From Aulosira sp. ZfuVER01 (GTDB lineage Bacteria > Cyanobacteriota > Cyanobacteriia > Cyanobacteriales > Nostocaceae): a DNA stretch of 64,000 bases. Position 1 is the stretch's first letter; every line of letters begins with the position of its first letter. The notes under the pieces are model-generated. The model did no database searches and was not told the DNA's origin. It saw nothing but the letters and a program-made list of their open reading frames with translations. This document shows positions 52,154 to 62,498 of this stretch, one piece after another. Made by a program: the position numbers and the translations under genes. Where the stretch lies: the NCBI GenBank assembly GCA_034530615.2, contig JAVRCV020000008.1, forward strand, positions 160,001 to 224,000. Reading direction: 5' to 3'.

Positions 52154-54487
52154 ATGATTTCTGGAAGTTACGAACTACTGTTAGTAGTACTATCATTTGT
52201 CATAGCCATCATTGCTTCTTATACAGCATTAGAGTTAGCAAATCGAGTCACACCTGAATTACCACTCAAAGCGCGATTGAGTTGGATTTTTGGTGGTGCG
52301 ATAGCAATGGGAACAGGTATTTGGTCAATGCATTTCATTGCTATGTTGGCTTTTAAGCTGCCAATTCCTGTCAGCTACGATATAAAAATTACCCTGCTTT
52401 CTTGGGCGGATGCAATTGTTGCCTCTGGACTAGCATTACTTTTTTTCAGTCGCCCAAAACTCAGTATACAGATATTACTTGGCGGTAGTATCTTGATGGG
52501 ATTAGCGATCGCTTCCATGCACTACTTAGGTATGGCTGGGATGGAAGTTCCAGGAGCTACGATCCATTACAATCATTGGCTTGTTGCTTTGTCAGTGGTA
52601 ATTGCTATCTCTGCTTCAGGTGCAGCTTTGTGGCTGGCTTTCTACTTCCGCAATCTGCCAAAATCAAGTTTTGATTGGCGGAAATTGAGTAGTGCTTTGG
52701 TGATGGGAATCGCTATTACTGGGATGCACTACACCGGAATGTGGGCAACTTGCTTCATCCAATTACCAGAATTTGCCTTAAGTATAGATGAGCGATCGCC
52801 TAATTCTTGGTTAGCAATTCAAATTGGCATTGCTAGTTTTTTGATTCTCATTGCCACTCTCATCATCTCCTTACTAGATCGTCGCTATACAGATCAGTTA
52901 ATTTGGCAAACAGCTTTAAAAGAAAGTGCCGAACGGGAAAAAGCCCTAAGTATGGCAATTCAAAGAATGCGGCAAACCTTAGATATAGAAACCATATTTG
53001 CAGCTACAACTTCCCAATTGCGGCAAGTTATTAGTTGCGATCGCGTGGTTGTTTATCGCTTTAATCCCGATTGGAGTGGAGAGTTTGTTGCTGAGTCTGT
53101 TGATGATGGCTGGATTTCTTTATACCAAGAACAAAATCAAAATCCTCAAATTCAAGAAAATATTACTGCCGATAATAGCTGTTTTTTTAACCAAAAAAAT
53201 CTGACTTTAATTAAAGATACTTACCTCCAAGCAACACAAGGCGGTGTGTATGGGCAAGGAGTAACTTATCGAGTTGTAGAAGACATTTATAGTGCTGGCT
53301 TTAATACCTGTTACATTACTCTTTTAGAGCAGTTACAGGCAAAATCTTATGTGATTATACCGATTTATTCTCATAGTAAACTTTGGGGATTACTAGCCGC
53401 TTATCAAAACTCTGCATCTCGCCAATGGAAAGAAGCAGAAATCAATATCATGGTGCAAATAAGTAGTCAGTTAGGAATTGCTTTAGAGCAGGTTGAGTTA
53501 CTAGAACAGACACAGCAAAAATCTATAGTATTACAAAAGGAAATTCAAGAACGTTTGCGTACAGAAACACTACTTAATATCCAAAAACAGCAATTAGAAC
53601 AAACTTTAAGCGAACTTAAACGGGTGCAAACGCAATTAATTCAAAATGAAAAAATGGTGGCGTTAGGACAATTAGTAGCAGGTATTGCTCATGAAATAAA
53701 TAATCCACTTAATTTTATTTCTGGAAATCTTAATTATATTAATCAAAATATAGCAGACTTACTAAAATTCGTTCAGATTTATCATGACGAATACCCAAAT
53801 GATAGGTCTAAAATTACAGAAATTCTAGAGTATGCAAACTTTGACGATCTGAACGAAGATATGAACAAAAGTATAGACGCAATGTCCAGAGGAATTGAGC
53901 GTATTCAGCAATTTGTGCTAGTTCTTCGCAACTTTTCTCGATTAGACGAGGCAGAAATCAAGCTTGTAGATATTCATGAAGGTATCGAAAGTACTTTGAT
54001 GATTTTACAGCATCGTTTACAAGCAACACCAAAACGTCCAGCTATTACAGTAGTTAAAAACTACGATGTATTGCCTTTAATTGAGTGTTATCCTAGCCAA
54101 CTCAATCAAGTATTTATGAATATATTAGTAAACGCGATTGAGACATTAGAAGATAAAATGCAAAATAATCAATTATATTCAGAGCAAGATAATTTATTGC
54201 TGGATAACTATATAATCTTCATTAAGAGTAAGCTAATTAATAATAATTGGATAGAAATTCGGTTCATTGATAATGGTTTAGGCATTGATAAAAACAATTT
54301 AGATAAGATTTTTGACCCCTTCTTCACTACTAAACCAGTAGGTAAAGGCACAGGGCTAGGTTTATCTATTAGCTATCAGATAATTACTCAACAGCATCGG
54401 GGTGAATTAACTTGTAATTCTATTGTGGCTGAAAAATCAGAATTTATTATAAAAATTCCTACCAAAAATCAAGATTATAGTATGTAG
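52154..54487 (+). CDS. MHYT-GAF(cyanobacteriochrome)-histidine kinase
   Basis: MHFIAM, MHYLGM, MHYTGM repeats; GAF with DTYLQ and CY; AGIAHEINNPLNFI, FDPFFTTKPVGKGTGLGL. Confidence 0.92.
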   Translation: MISGSYELLLVVLSFVIAIIASYTALELANRVTPELPLKARLSWIFGGAIAMGTGIWSMHFIAMLAFKLPIPVSYDIKITLLSWADAIVASGLALLFFSRPKLSIQILLGGSILMGLAIASMHYLGMAGMEVPGATIHYNHWLVALSVVIAISASGAALWLAFYFRNLPKSSFDWRKLSSALVMGIAITGMHYTGMWATCFIQLPEFALSIDERSPNSWLAIQIGIASFLILIATLIISLLDRRYTDQLIWQTALKESAEREKALSMAIQRMRQTLDIETIFAATTSQLRQVISCDRVVVYRFNPDWSGEFVAESVDDGWISLYQEQNQNPQIQENITADNSCFFNQKNLTLIKDTYLQATQGGVYGQGVTYRVVEDIYSAGFNTCYITLLEQLQAKSYVIIPIYSHSKLWGLLAAYQNSASRQWKEAEINIMVQISSQLGIALEQVELLEQTQQKSIVLQKEIQERLRTETLLNIQKQQLEQTLSELKRVQTQLIQNEKMVALGQLVAGIAHEINNPLNFISGNLNYINQNIADLLKFVQIYHDEYPNDRSKITEILEYANFDDLNEDMNKSIDAMSRGIERIQQFVLVLRNFSRLDEAEIKLVDIHEGIESTLMILQHRLQATPKRPAITVVKNYDVLPLIECYPSQLNQVFMNILVNAIETLEDKMQNNQLYSEQDNLLLDNYIIFIKSKLINNNWIEIRFIDNGLGIDKNNLDKIFDPFFTTKPVGKGTGLGLSISYQIITQQHRGELTCNSIVAEKSEFIIKIPTKNQDYSM

Positions 54488-54907
54488 CCACTGAAATTAT
54501 ATTACCTAAAAAATATAAAAAATTTATAAAAAAATCGCAATTATAAAGGAAAATCAGTGTATCTCTTTTAATAATCAATACTATACTCAAAATAAAGCTA
54601 GAAGAGGGAATTTTTTAAGCCTATTTACAAGGTTTTTATTGACATTTAGGATATATTACTATTTTGCAAACTAGTGGTAAAATATCTAAAATAATTACTA
54701 ACGAAAGAATTAATGTTGCTTGGCAACAATTCCAAATTAGGCAAGCAAAATCAGACATTTATAGATAATTCAAAAAATCATAACATATAAATATATACTG
54801 TTCTATGTTTGTGGAATTTTATTTCATTAGATAGAAATAAAAGACTCCAGAATCTTCAGAGAACTTAGTAGACCCTTAGCTGACACTCAAATTTTGAATA
54901 AGATTAT

Positions 54908-56641
54908 ATGCAGATAAATCACAAACTTTATCTATACTCGGCCTTGGCAAAATTTGGATTAATTAAAAAAAGTTATATTGCCAAAATCATGTTGGTGGCG
55001 TTTATTGGCACTCACGTACCTCTGTTAACTTTAATCATCAGTTTTGTTACTTCTAACTCCTATTCTTGGGAGATAGCAATGCGCGTATTGCTAATTGCCC
55101 TGTTGGCTACATTAGCAGGGACAGCAGCTACTATCTATGTTTTGCATTACCTCCTCGCCCCCGTAATTTTAACTTCGGCGGCATTACAAAACTATCTGCA
55201 TACCAAAAAGTTACCAGAACTGCCGACAGAATTTGCCGATGAGGCAGGCACATTAATGGCAGATACCGCACAAACTCTCTATAAATTAGATGAGTTAATT
55301 CACCAGATCAGTAATTATGACAATTTAACTGGATTGCCTAATCGGGATTTATTCCGCGATCGCCTTTATCAAAATGTATCACAATCTCAGAATTACCAGC
55401 AGCTAGTAGCTGTACTTTTGCTGGGCATTGATGATTTTACTGGTATCAGTCATGCTTTAGGGCATGAAACAGCCAATCAGCTATTGAGAACAGTTGCCCA
55501 GCGTTTGAACAGTGGGCTAGGTAAGACAGATATCTTAGCTCATCTAAATCAAGATGAGTTTGCGATCGCTTGCACAGATATACTTTCGTTTGAAAGCGTA
55601 ATTAAGCGATCGCAGCTACTACTGAGTACCTTATCCAAACCCTTCTTGCTAGAAGGTCAACAAATTCATCTTACAGCTAGCATTGGAATTGCCATCAATG
55701 ATATAGGCGATGTCTCCGACAACCTCTGCGGGGAACGCAACAATGTAAATCAACTACTCCAACAGGCTCACATAGCACTGTACCAAGCAAAACAGCAAGG
55801 GCGCAGCCAATATCAGTTCTATTCACCAGAAATTAACGCCCAATTGCAAGAGAGATTGGCATTAGAAAATGAATTACGTGGGGCGCTAGAGCGTGGCGAA
55901 ATGGTAGTTTATTACCAACCATTAATAGATTTGCATACTAGAGAAATAACCGCACTAGAAGCATTAGTGCGTTGGCAGCATCCTACTAGAGGTTTGGTTC
56001 CTCCAGGAAAGTTTATTCCCATTGCCGAAGATAACGGTTTAATCGTACCCATTGGTGAATGGGTTTTGCAAACCGCCTGCGCCCAAAATCGCGCTTGGCA
56101 ACTCTCCGGATTGCGGCCAATTCGGATGTCTGTAAACCTCTCAGCTAGACAGTTTGAACAACCAAATTTAGTCGAAGTTGTCAGACAAGTTCTCAAAGAA
56201 ACAGAATTACAAGCATCCTACCTAGAATTGGAAGTGACTGAAAGCTTTTTGATGGGCGATATTCAACATTCTGTTAATACCCTCAAAAAATTACGAGAAT
56301 TAGGGGTATGGCTAGCTTTAGATGACTTTGGCACTGGTTATTCTTCCTTAAACTACCTCAAACGCTTTCCTGTAAATATGCTCAAAATCGATCGGTCATT
56401 TGTGCAAGATGTGACATCTAATCCTGATAGCGCTGCCGTCACCGATGCTATTATTGCTCTAGCTAAAAGCTTGCATTTGAAGATCACCGCCGAAGGGATA
56501 GAAACTCAACAACAGCTAAACTATTTACAAGAGCGCGGCTGTCAAGAAGGTCAGGGATTCTACTTTGGTATCCCTGCTCCTGCCGATAGAATCACTGAAT
56601 TGCTGAAGCAAAATTTTCAGCAATTAAAGGAGGCTGCATAA
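54908..56641 (+). CDS. Membrane GGDEF-EAL protein, degenerate GGDEF, likely c-di-GMP phosphodiesterase
   Basis: DNLTGLPNR, AHLNQDEF in place of RLGGDEF, EALVRW, DDFGTGYSSL, KIDRSF. Confidence 0.9.
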   Translation: MQINHKLYLYSALAKFGLIKKSYIAKIMLVAFIGTHVPLLTLIISFVTSNSYSWEIAMRVLLIALLATLAGTAATIYVLHYLLAPVILTSAALQNYLHTKKLPELPTEFADEAGTLMADTAQTLYKLDELIHQISNYDNLTGLPNRDLFRDRLYQNVSQSQNYQQLVAVLLLGIDDFTGISHALGHETANQLLRTVAQRLNSGLGKTDILAHLNQDEFAIACTDILSFESVIKRSQLLLSTLSKPFLLEGQQIHLTASIGIAINDIGDVSDNLCGERNNVNQLLQQAHIALYQAKQQGRSQYQFYSPEINAQLQERLALENELRGALERGEMVVYYQPLIDLHTREITALEALVRWQHPTRGLVPPGKFIPIAEDNGLIVPIGEWVLQTACAQNRAWQLSGLRPIRMSVNLSARQFEQPNLVEVVRQVLKETELQASYLELEVTESFLMGDIQHSVNTLKKLRELGVWLALDDFGTGYSSLNYLKRFPVNMLKIDRSFVQDVTSNPDSAAVTDAIIALAKSLHLKITAEGIETQQQLNYLQERGCQEGQGFYFGIPAPADRITELLKQNFQQLKEAA

Positions 56642-56788
56642 TTACAGAATAATTAGAGTGATAAATGCATTTTTAGGGGTGGGTTTTCCCCGCCCTTGAC
56701 GAAAATTTATTACACACAATTATTAATTGAATCGGTCTCATATTATAAGTAGGGGCAATTCCCTAATTCAAAATCTGTCTTGGAAAGT

Positions 56789-58015
56789 CTAAAATTTAAA
56801 ATTCGGTGATGTAGCAACATAGTGTAATGGCAGAGTTACCGTCACTGTTGTGCCTACATCCTGCTGACTTTCTAATTGAATATTGCCTCCATGTATATCC
56901 ACACACTTTTTCACAATAGCAAGCCCCAGCCCTGTACCTTTAGTTGCTCCTACATTACTGGCACGGTAAAAAGTTTGAAATATATGGGATTGATCTTTGA
57001 GAGGAATTCCTCTACCTCGATCTTGAACTCTAAAAGTTGCAATACCATTCTGACAAGTCAGATCAAACAAAATATTGCTCTGTTGCGGAGAATACTTAAT
57101 AGCATTAGAAAGTAAATTAGTGAAGATACAATTGAGTAGTTCTTCATCCATTTCACCTTCGGTGCATTCTCCTTGGGAAGTAAAAATAATATGGTACTGA
57201 TTACCTGCACTAATTTGAAAAATTTCTGTAAGTTCCCTACAAAAAATTTCTAAATTCAAAGGTTGAGGATAAAGTTCTTGTTTCGATGCTTCAGTTCTAC
57301 TCAAGAACAATATCTCATCTAAAAGCTCAATTGTTTGGTTAATAGCTTTTTGAATCCGACTAAAGTATTTAGCACGGCGCTCATCCGTAAGTTTATCGTT
57401 GTTATATTCCAGCATCTCTATTGCTGTGCGAATCGTGGTCATGGGAGTACGGAACTCGTGGGAAACCATCGCTACAAAGTTGGACTTTAATTCATTGAGT
57501 TCCTGCTCTTTTGCTAGCGCTTGACGAGTACGTTCCTCACTCTCCCGTAGCTTGTTGAGAATTTCACCCCGTTCAATTGCATAACGAATTGATCGCAATA
57601 ACCGCTGGATTGTAATTTGGTCTTTGACAAGATAGTCTTGCGCTCCTTCGGTCATGGCTTGGAGTGCTAATTCTTCATCATCCAACCCGGTTAATACTAC
57701 AACTGGAATATCAGGTATTGCTGCGCGATATTCTTTTACCGTATCCATTCCAGTAGAGTCAGGGAGATGGAGGTCTAACAAAACGACATCGAATTTGTAT
57801 TGGCGAAAACTTTCATTTTGATCGTCATCCAGAATTTTTTTAGTATTTTCTCTACTAATATCTATTGCCTCAGATAACCTCTCAACATTGGTCATCTGCC
57901 ATTCTCCCGGATTTGCACGTGACAACACCTGACGCAGCAACATGGCATCAGTGGGGCTATCTTCTACCAGTAGGATGTGAATTGTTGTCTTTTCCATAAG
58001 GTAGGTTTTTATCAA
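56789..58015 (-). CDS. Hybrid REC-histidine kinase
   Basis: LLVEDS..LLDLHLPD REC; SHEFRTPMT, NLLSNAIKYS, GTGLGL. Confidence 0.92.
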   Translation of the reverse strand: MIKTYLMEKTTIHILLVEDSPTDAMLLRQVLSRANPGEWQMTNVERLSEAIDISRENTKKILDDDQNESFRQYKFDVVLLDLHLPDSTGMDTVKEYRAAIPDIPVVVLTGLDDEELALQAMTEGAQDYLVKDQITIQRLLRSIRYAIERGEILNKLRESEERTRQALAKEQELNELKSNFVAMVSHEFRTPMTTIRTAIEMLEYNNDKLTDERRAKYFSRIQKAINQTIELLDEILFLSRTEASKQELYPQPLNLEIFCRELTEIFQISAGNQYHIIFTSQGECTEGEMDEELLNCIFTNLLSNAIKYSPQQSNILFDLTCQNGIATFRVQDRGRGIPLKDQSHIFQTFYRASNVGATKGTGLGLAIVKKCVDIHGGNIQLESQQDVGTTVTVTLPLHYVATSPNFKF

Positions 58016-58204
58016 TTTGGTAGATAATTTCCTTTTTTACCCGCTGTCACAAACTACTTACAAAAATGCTAATCAAGATTAGATATAGATTTATCTGTGT
58101 TTATTAATGTTTGTATGCATTTATCTATATTTTATTAACATTTTGTTACATAAGCTAAAAGCTTAAGTACTATAATTTTCTGCTAATAACAAAATTTTTT
58201 AAAC

Positions 58205-58651
58205 CTACGACTCTCGTGGTAATGCAACTGCTGCTAGCCAAAAATCTTTAATTAATTGCACAACTTGGATGAATTGGTAGACATCCAGAGGTTTAGTTAC
58301 GTAGCAATTAGCACTGAGATTATAAGAGCGAAGAATATCCTGGTCATCTGTGGAGGTTGTGAGAATAACAATAGGAATAAGTTTGAGATGGGGGTCTGAT
58401 TTAACTTCTGTGAGCACTTCGCGCCCATCCAGTCCTGGCAAATTCAGGTCAAGCAAGATTAAATCTGGGCGAGGAGCATTGGCATATTCACCTTCCTGCC
58501 GTAGGTAGTTCATCGCCGTTTCACCATCTTCAACCCAATGCAAGTTGTTGGCAATCTTGGCATTTTGGAAGCCTTTAATAGTAAGGTGGGCATCGCTAGG
58601 AGAGTCTTCCACTAGCAAAATTTCAATGCATCGGAATGCCAGATTGTTCAT
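58205..58651 (-). CDS. Rcp1-like single-domain response regulator
   Basis: [30 protein letters not shown]. Confidence 0.92.
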   Translation of the reverse strand: MNNLAFRCIEILLVEDSPSDAHLTIKGFQNAKIANNLHWVEDGETAMNYLRQEGEYANAPRPDLILLDLNLPGLDGREVLTEVKSDPHLKLIPIVILTTSTDDQDILRSYNLSANCYVTKPLDVYQFIQVVQLIKDFWLAAVALPRES

Positions 58652-58700
58652 TATCCTCAGTAATAATTATAAGTAATGTATACACTTTAATACAGTACAT

Positions 58701-60989
58701 CTAATTTTTATTGAGGGTAAAATAAAATATCGTTCCTACCCCTAACTGAGACTCTGCCCAAATTCGACTACCATGTCGCTCAACAATTTTTTTGCAAATA
58801 GCTAGACCAATACCTGTACCAGCAAATTCTCGACGGGTATGCAGGCGGCGAAAGACTTCAAAAATACGTTCAAGATATTGGGGCTTAATACCGATGCCAT
58901 TATCTTGTACCCAAAAGAGGCATTCATTTGATTTTAGATTTTGAGATGTTGCGGAAAGTCTGATCGCCGGAAGCTGGCGATCATAACTTTCCAAGACGGA
59001 TTTTGGATTGAGAAATTGGTCTTCTTGCTGTGCTACTTTATCGCTCTCTAGCTCAGATTCAAAGTTCTCTGCTCCCTTGATTACACCGATGTGAATTTGG
59101 GGTGACTCACCTTGACGAAACTTGATGGCGTTACCGATGAGATTTTGAAATAATTGCACCAGTTGGGTTTTGTCAGCAAGTACAGTAGGCAAAGGGTCAT
59201 GAGTGATTATTGCTTTACTTTCCGCGATCGCTACTTGTAAATTATTCAGTGCTTGCTTGAGTACAAGATTACAATCGGTGGGGACAAATGCTTGACCGCG
59301 AGTTCCCACACGGGAAAAAGCGAGCAAGTCTTGGATTAACTGTCGCATCCTCGTTGCTCCATCCACAATGTAAGTCAAGTATTCCCGCGCCGACTCATCC
59401 AGATACTCTTGATATTCTTCTCCTAACAATTGGCTATAGCCAGCCACGGCGCGTAACGGTTCTTGTAAATCATGAGAAGCCACATAGGCAAACTGCTCTA
59501 ACTCCTGGTTAGAACGTTTGAGATCCTCATTCAATCTATGTAATTCCGCTGTGCGTTCCTCAACTTTAATTTCTAACTCTGCCTTTGCCTGTTGCAGGGC
59601 CTCATCAGCCAGTTTTGTCTCAGTAATATCAGTGTGAGTACCTACCCACTCCATAATTTGCTCATTCGCATCTAATACAGGAATTGCGCGGACAGCAAAA
59701 AATCGATAGCTACCATCAGCAACTCGCACGCGATGTTCTAACTTGTAAATATTCTTTTGTGTGAATGCTTGATTCCAAATAGACTCTGTTAACTGCCGAT
59801 CCTCAGGATGAATTGCATCCAGCCAACCCCAACCCATTACTTCTTCTTCGCTTTGCCCAGTTAAACTTCTCCAAGAGGAAAACTCTTTTGGTAAGCCGTT
59901 AGCATCAGCTATCCAAACCGCTTGCGCTGTAGCAATTACTAGCGAGCGATAACGTTTTTCACTCTTTTCTAATGTAATTTCTGCCAGTTTGCGACGAGTG
60001 ATATCTTGAAAGAAAATTGATAGCCCTTCTTTTGAAGGATAAATGCGATTTTCAAACCAACGATCCCACGGTGGATAATATTCTTCTATTTCAATAATTT
60101 TCTGTTCAGCTACAGCTTGGTAGTAAGCATGATAAAACTTTTGTCCCACACCTTCAGGAAACTCTTGCCAAATATTTTTGCCAATTAATTCTGTAGGGAC
60201 GCGGTTAAAAATTTGTCCGGCTCTTTCATTAACGTAGGTGTAACACCAATTACAATCAAGGGCTATAAAAGCATCCGAAACTGTTTCTAAAATATTTGCT
60301 AATTTTGCTTTTGCAGCTTGTTTTTCTAAATGAATAGCTTCTTGGGATAATTGTTGATTAATCCGAATTTGCTTTTGCAGAAGTAAGTAAACGCCTATAA
60401 GCAGAGTAAAACTCAAGCCATATCCAACACTAATGACAATAATAATTTGATGAACTCTATAATTTGTTAATGCTGTTCGCTGTCGTAATAAAATTATTTC
60501 TTCATCTTTGATTACTTGGCTAATTACTTGAAATTCTTTACTGACCGCATAATTCTGCTCTGTAATGACTATTAGACTGGCTCGATTTGAAGAATTTTGT
60601 TTGAGTAAATTAATTAACTCTTCAAGCAAATGAAATCTTCGATCAATCAGAGGTTTAAGTATAGCTAATCGGCGTTGTTGGTTAGAGTTATCGCTGGTTA
60701 ACTGGCGCAATTCTTGAAATGCTTGGTAAACCTGCCGCTTGTTTGCTCCATAATTTTTGAGATAATCTGCCTTGCCAGTGAGCATAAAACCTCGTTGTCC
60801 ACTTTCGGCATTCAGAAATCCTTGATTCAAATGATCGAGGATATTTAAGATTTGATTGGTATGAGTTACCCATTGCTTATCTTCCTTAAGCTTTTGCACA
60901 CTCCAATAGGAAGCAGCGCCTACGCTAGATAAAAGCAGTAGTGCCAAACCAAAACCACCTACAACAAATTTTTCTGTTAGTTTTTTCAT
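58701..60989 (-). CDS. CHASE3-PAS-PAS histidine kinase (phytochrome-type kinase core)
   Basis: WVTHT..AESGQRGFMLTG CHASE3; two PAS; FAYVASHDLQEPLR, NLIGNAIKF, DNGIGI, GTGIGL. Confidence 0.93.
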   Translation of the reverse strand: MKKLTEKFVVGGFGLALLLLSSVGAASYWSVQKLKEDKQWVTHTNQILNILDHLNQGFLNAESGQRGFMLTGKADYLKNYGANKRQVYQAFQELRQLTSDNSNQQRRLAILKPLIDRRFHLLEELINLLKQNSSNRASLIVITEQNYAVSKEFQVISQVIKDEEIILLRQRTALTNYRVHQIIIVISVGYGLSFTLLIGVYLLLQKQIRINQQLSQEAIHLEKQAAKAKLANILETVSDAFIALDCNWCYTYVNERAGQIFNRVPTELIGKNIWQEFPEGVGQKFYHAYYQAVAEQKIIEIEEYYPPWDRWFENRIYPSKEGLSIFFQDITRRKLAEITLEKSEKRYRSLVIATAQAVWIADANGLPKEFSSWRSLTGQSEEEVMGWGWLDAIHPEDRQLTESIWNQAFTQKNIYKLEHRVRVADGSYRFFAVRAIPVLDANEQIMEWVGTHTDITETKLADEALQQAKAELEIKVEERTAELHRLNEDLKRSNQELEQFAYVASHDLQEPLRAVAGYSQLLGEEYQEYLDESAREYLTYIVDGATRMRQLIQDLLAFSRVGTRGQAFVPTDCNLVLKQALNNLQVAIAESKAIITHDPLPTVLADKTQLVQLFQNLIGNAIKFRQGESPQIHIGVIKGAENFESELESDKVAQQEDQFLNPKSVLESYDRQLPAIRLSATSQNLKSNECLFWVQDNGIGIKPQYLERIFEVFRRLHTRREFAGTGIGLAICKKIVERHGSRIWAESQLGVGTIFYFTLNKN
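58930..59010. repeat. SDR-like hairpin plus STRR units inserted in-frame in the kinase HATPase domain
   Basis: gcggaaagtctgatcgcc..ggcgatcataactttccaagacgg flanked by gattttagatttt and ttttggatt; similar to 43904-43950. Confidence 0.6.
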
Positions 60990-61099
60990 TGCCTACTCAC
61001 AGAAGTGTTGCTGATAACTCCATCAGACTTCAGTCCAAATGGTTATTATATGTTAATAATTGCTGTATACGATGGTACAGCCAGAAGGTTTCTGGAATA

Positions 61100-61223
61100 T
61101 AAGTAACCACGCAAAATTAATTACAGTCATTGCGAGCGAAGCAATCCCAGCCATTGCGATTGCTTCATTTCGCTTCGCTACATTCGCAATGACATTGTGT
61201 AATGAATTATGTGTAACTACTTA
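61100..61223. mobile_element. MITE-like palindromic element (124 bp)
   Basis: Imperfect ~26-bp TIRs taagtaaccacgcaaaattaattaca / tgtaatgaattatgtgtaactactta; internal gtcattgcga...tcgcaatgac and gaagcaatc...gattgcttc stems. Confidence 0.65.
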
Positions 61224-61437
61224 CGGAGTTATATTAATTGTAGAAGATGTAATAGGTTTCCCCTGGGATCACACCTACTACAAAAACACCAAAATCTGCT
61301 CTATATTGGGTTTTATTCCTAATAAAATTGAGTGGAAAATTGCGTTATCAATCACAATCTCCACTCGAATTTGCTGACTTGGGGGTAAAAGAAAAAGACC
61401 CTATTGGACTGGGTCAATTTTACGCGGTTGAAACTAA

Positions 61438-61671
61438 TTAGCGGGATTCAGTTCCTTGATTGGGGCTACCTGCTACATTATCTTCACCTGGTGCTTCTGG
61501 CTTGGCAGTTTCTCTAGCATCGCTCTTTTCAGCATCACCAGTTTTGCGGATACTATCTTCAAGGGGGGTTTGATAACCACCAGAAGCGGTAGGTGTAGTG
61601 CCTTCTTGATTAGATTTTTGCTTTTGTTCTTCAGACATAATGAAACTCCTGTGATTGATTATTGACATCAT
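61438..61671 (-). CDS. Small hydrophilic hypothetical protein (probable start ATG 61638)
   Basis: MSEEQKQK..GSPNQGTESR, preceded by aggag RBS. Confidence 0.6.
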   Translation of the reverse strand: MMSIINHRSFIMSEEQKQKSNQEGTTPTASGGYQTPLEDSIRKTGDAEKSDARETAKPEAPGEDNVAGSPNQGTESR

Positions 61672-61955
61672 TGTAAGAACAACAGGAGTGTAAATTTATC
61701 TATCTAGAATATGGTTATTGCTGCTTTATACCTCTATCGGAAGGAATGTTTAGTAATACTCATCAAATATATTCTGGTAAATTGCAAAGGTTTCTAAGGG
61801 CTAAAGAGTAAGCAAGAACAAGTTTACAGATGATAATATAATCAATAATTCTGGATTTATTTGAGTAGTAACTACTATTTTCTAGTAAATTAGAACTGCG
61901 TTTAGATAAGTATAAAAGTGTAATTTATGCAAGCTAAAATATATAAGTATAATTA

Positions 61956-62462
61956 ATGCAACAGAGCACTTTAGCTTTACCTTCTGAATGCATCCTCCGC
62001 AGGGCAACGTCTAAGGATAATTGGCCGATTCGGTTGTTAGTATTATCTGCTAAACTCGACCCGACCCAATTACATTGGCAGCAGTTTTGGGTGATTGAAT
62101 GCGATCGCCAGTTAGCCGCTTGCGGACAGCTACGTAACTTTTCCGATATTCAAGAATTAGGTAGTTTAGTGGTTGCACCAGCTTGGCGAGGTCGTGGTTT
62201 GGGCAGTTTTCTCACTCGACATTTAATCGCTACAGCCACTCAACCGTTATATTTGGAATGTTTAGGTCAGCGATTGGCAAAGTTTTACAGTCGGTTTGGC
62301 TTTATACCCGTTGCTTTTGAAGATTTACCGCGATCGCTCAAGCCTAAGTTTCGATGGTCGGAGTTAGGTAAAAAGCTGATTCGAGTTCCTGTGGTGTTCA
62401 TGCACTATCAACACACACAAGCGGGGAATCTCACTCACCCCCCGCTACCACAAGAAATCTAA
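61956..62462 (+). CDS. GNAT family acetyltransferase
   Basis: ACGQLR, ELGSLVVAPAWRGRGLG, FYSRFGF. Confidence 0.9.
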   Translation: MQQSTLALPSECILRRATSKDNWPIRLLVLSAKLDPTQLHWQQFWVIECDRQLAACGQLRNFSDIQELGSLVVAPAWRGRGLGSFLTRHLIATATQPLYLECLGQRLAKFYSRFGFIPVAFEDLPRSLKPKFRWSELGKKLIRVPVVFMHYQHTQAGNLTHPPLPQEI

Positions 62463-62498
62463 CACCAATGTCTCGTAGGGGCTTGGTTTACCTGCCTT

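Noticed and set aside
61060..61377. 105-aa ORF
   Set aside because: Runs through the MITE-like palindrome; TTG start, no recognisable family
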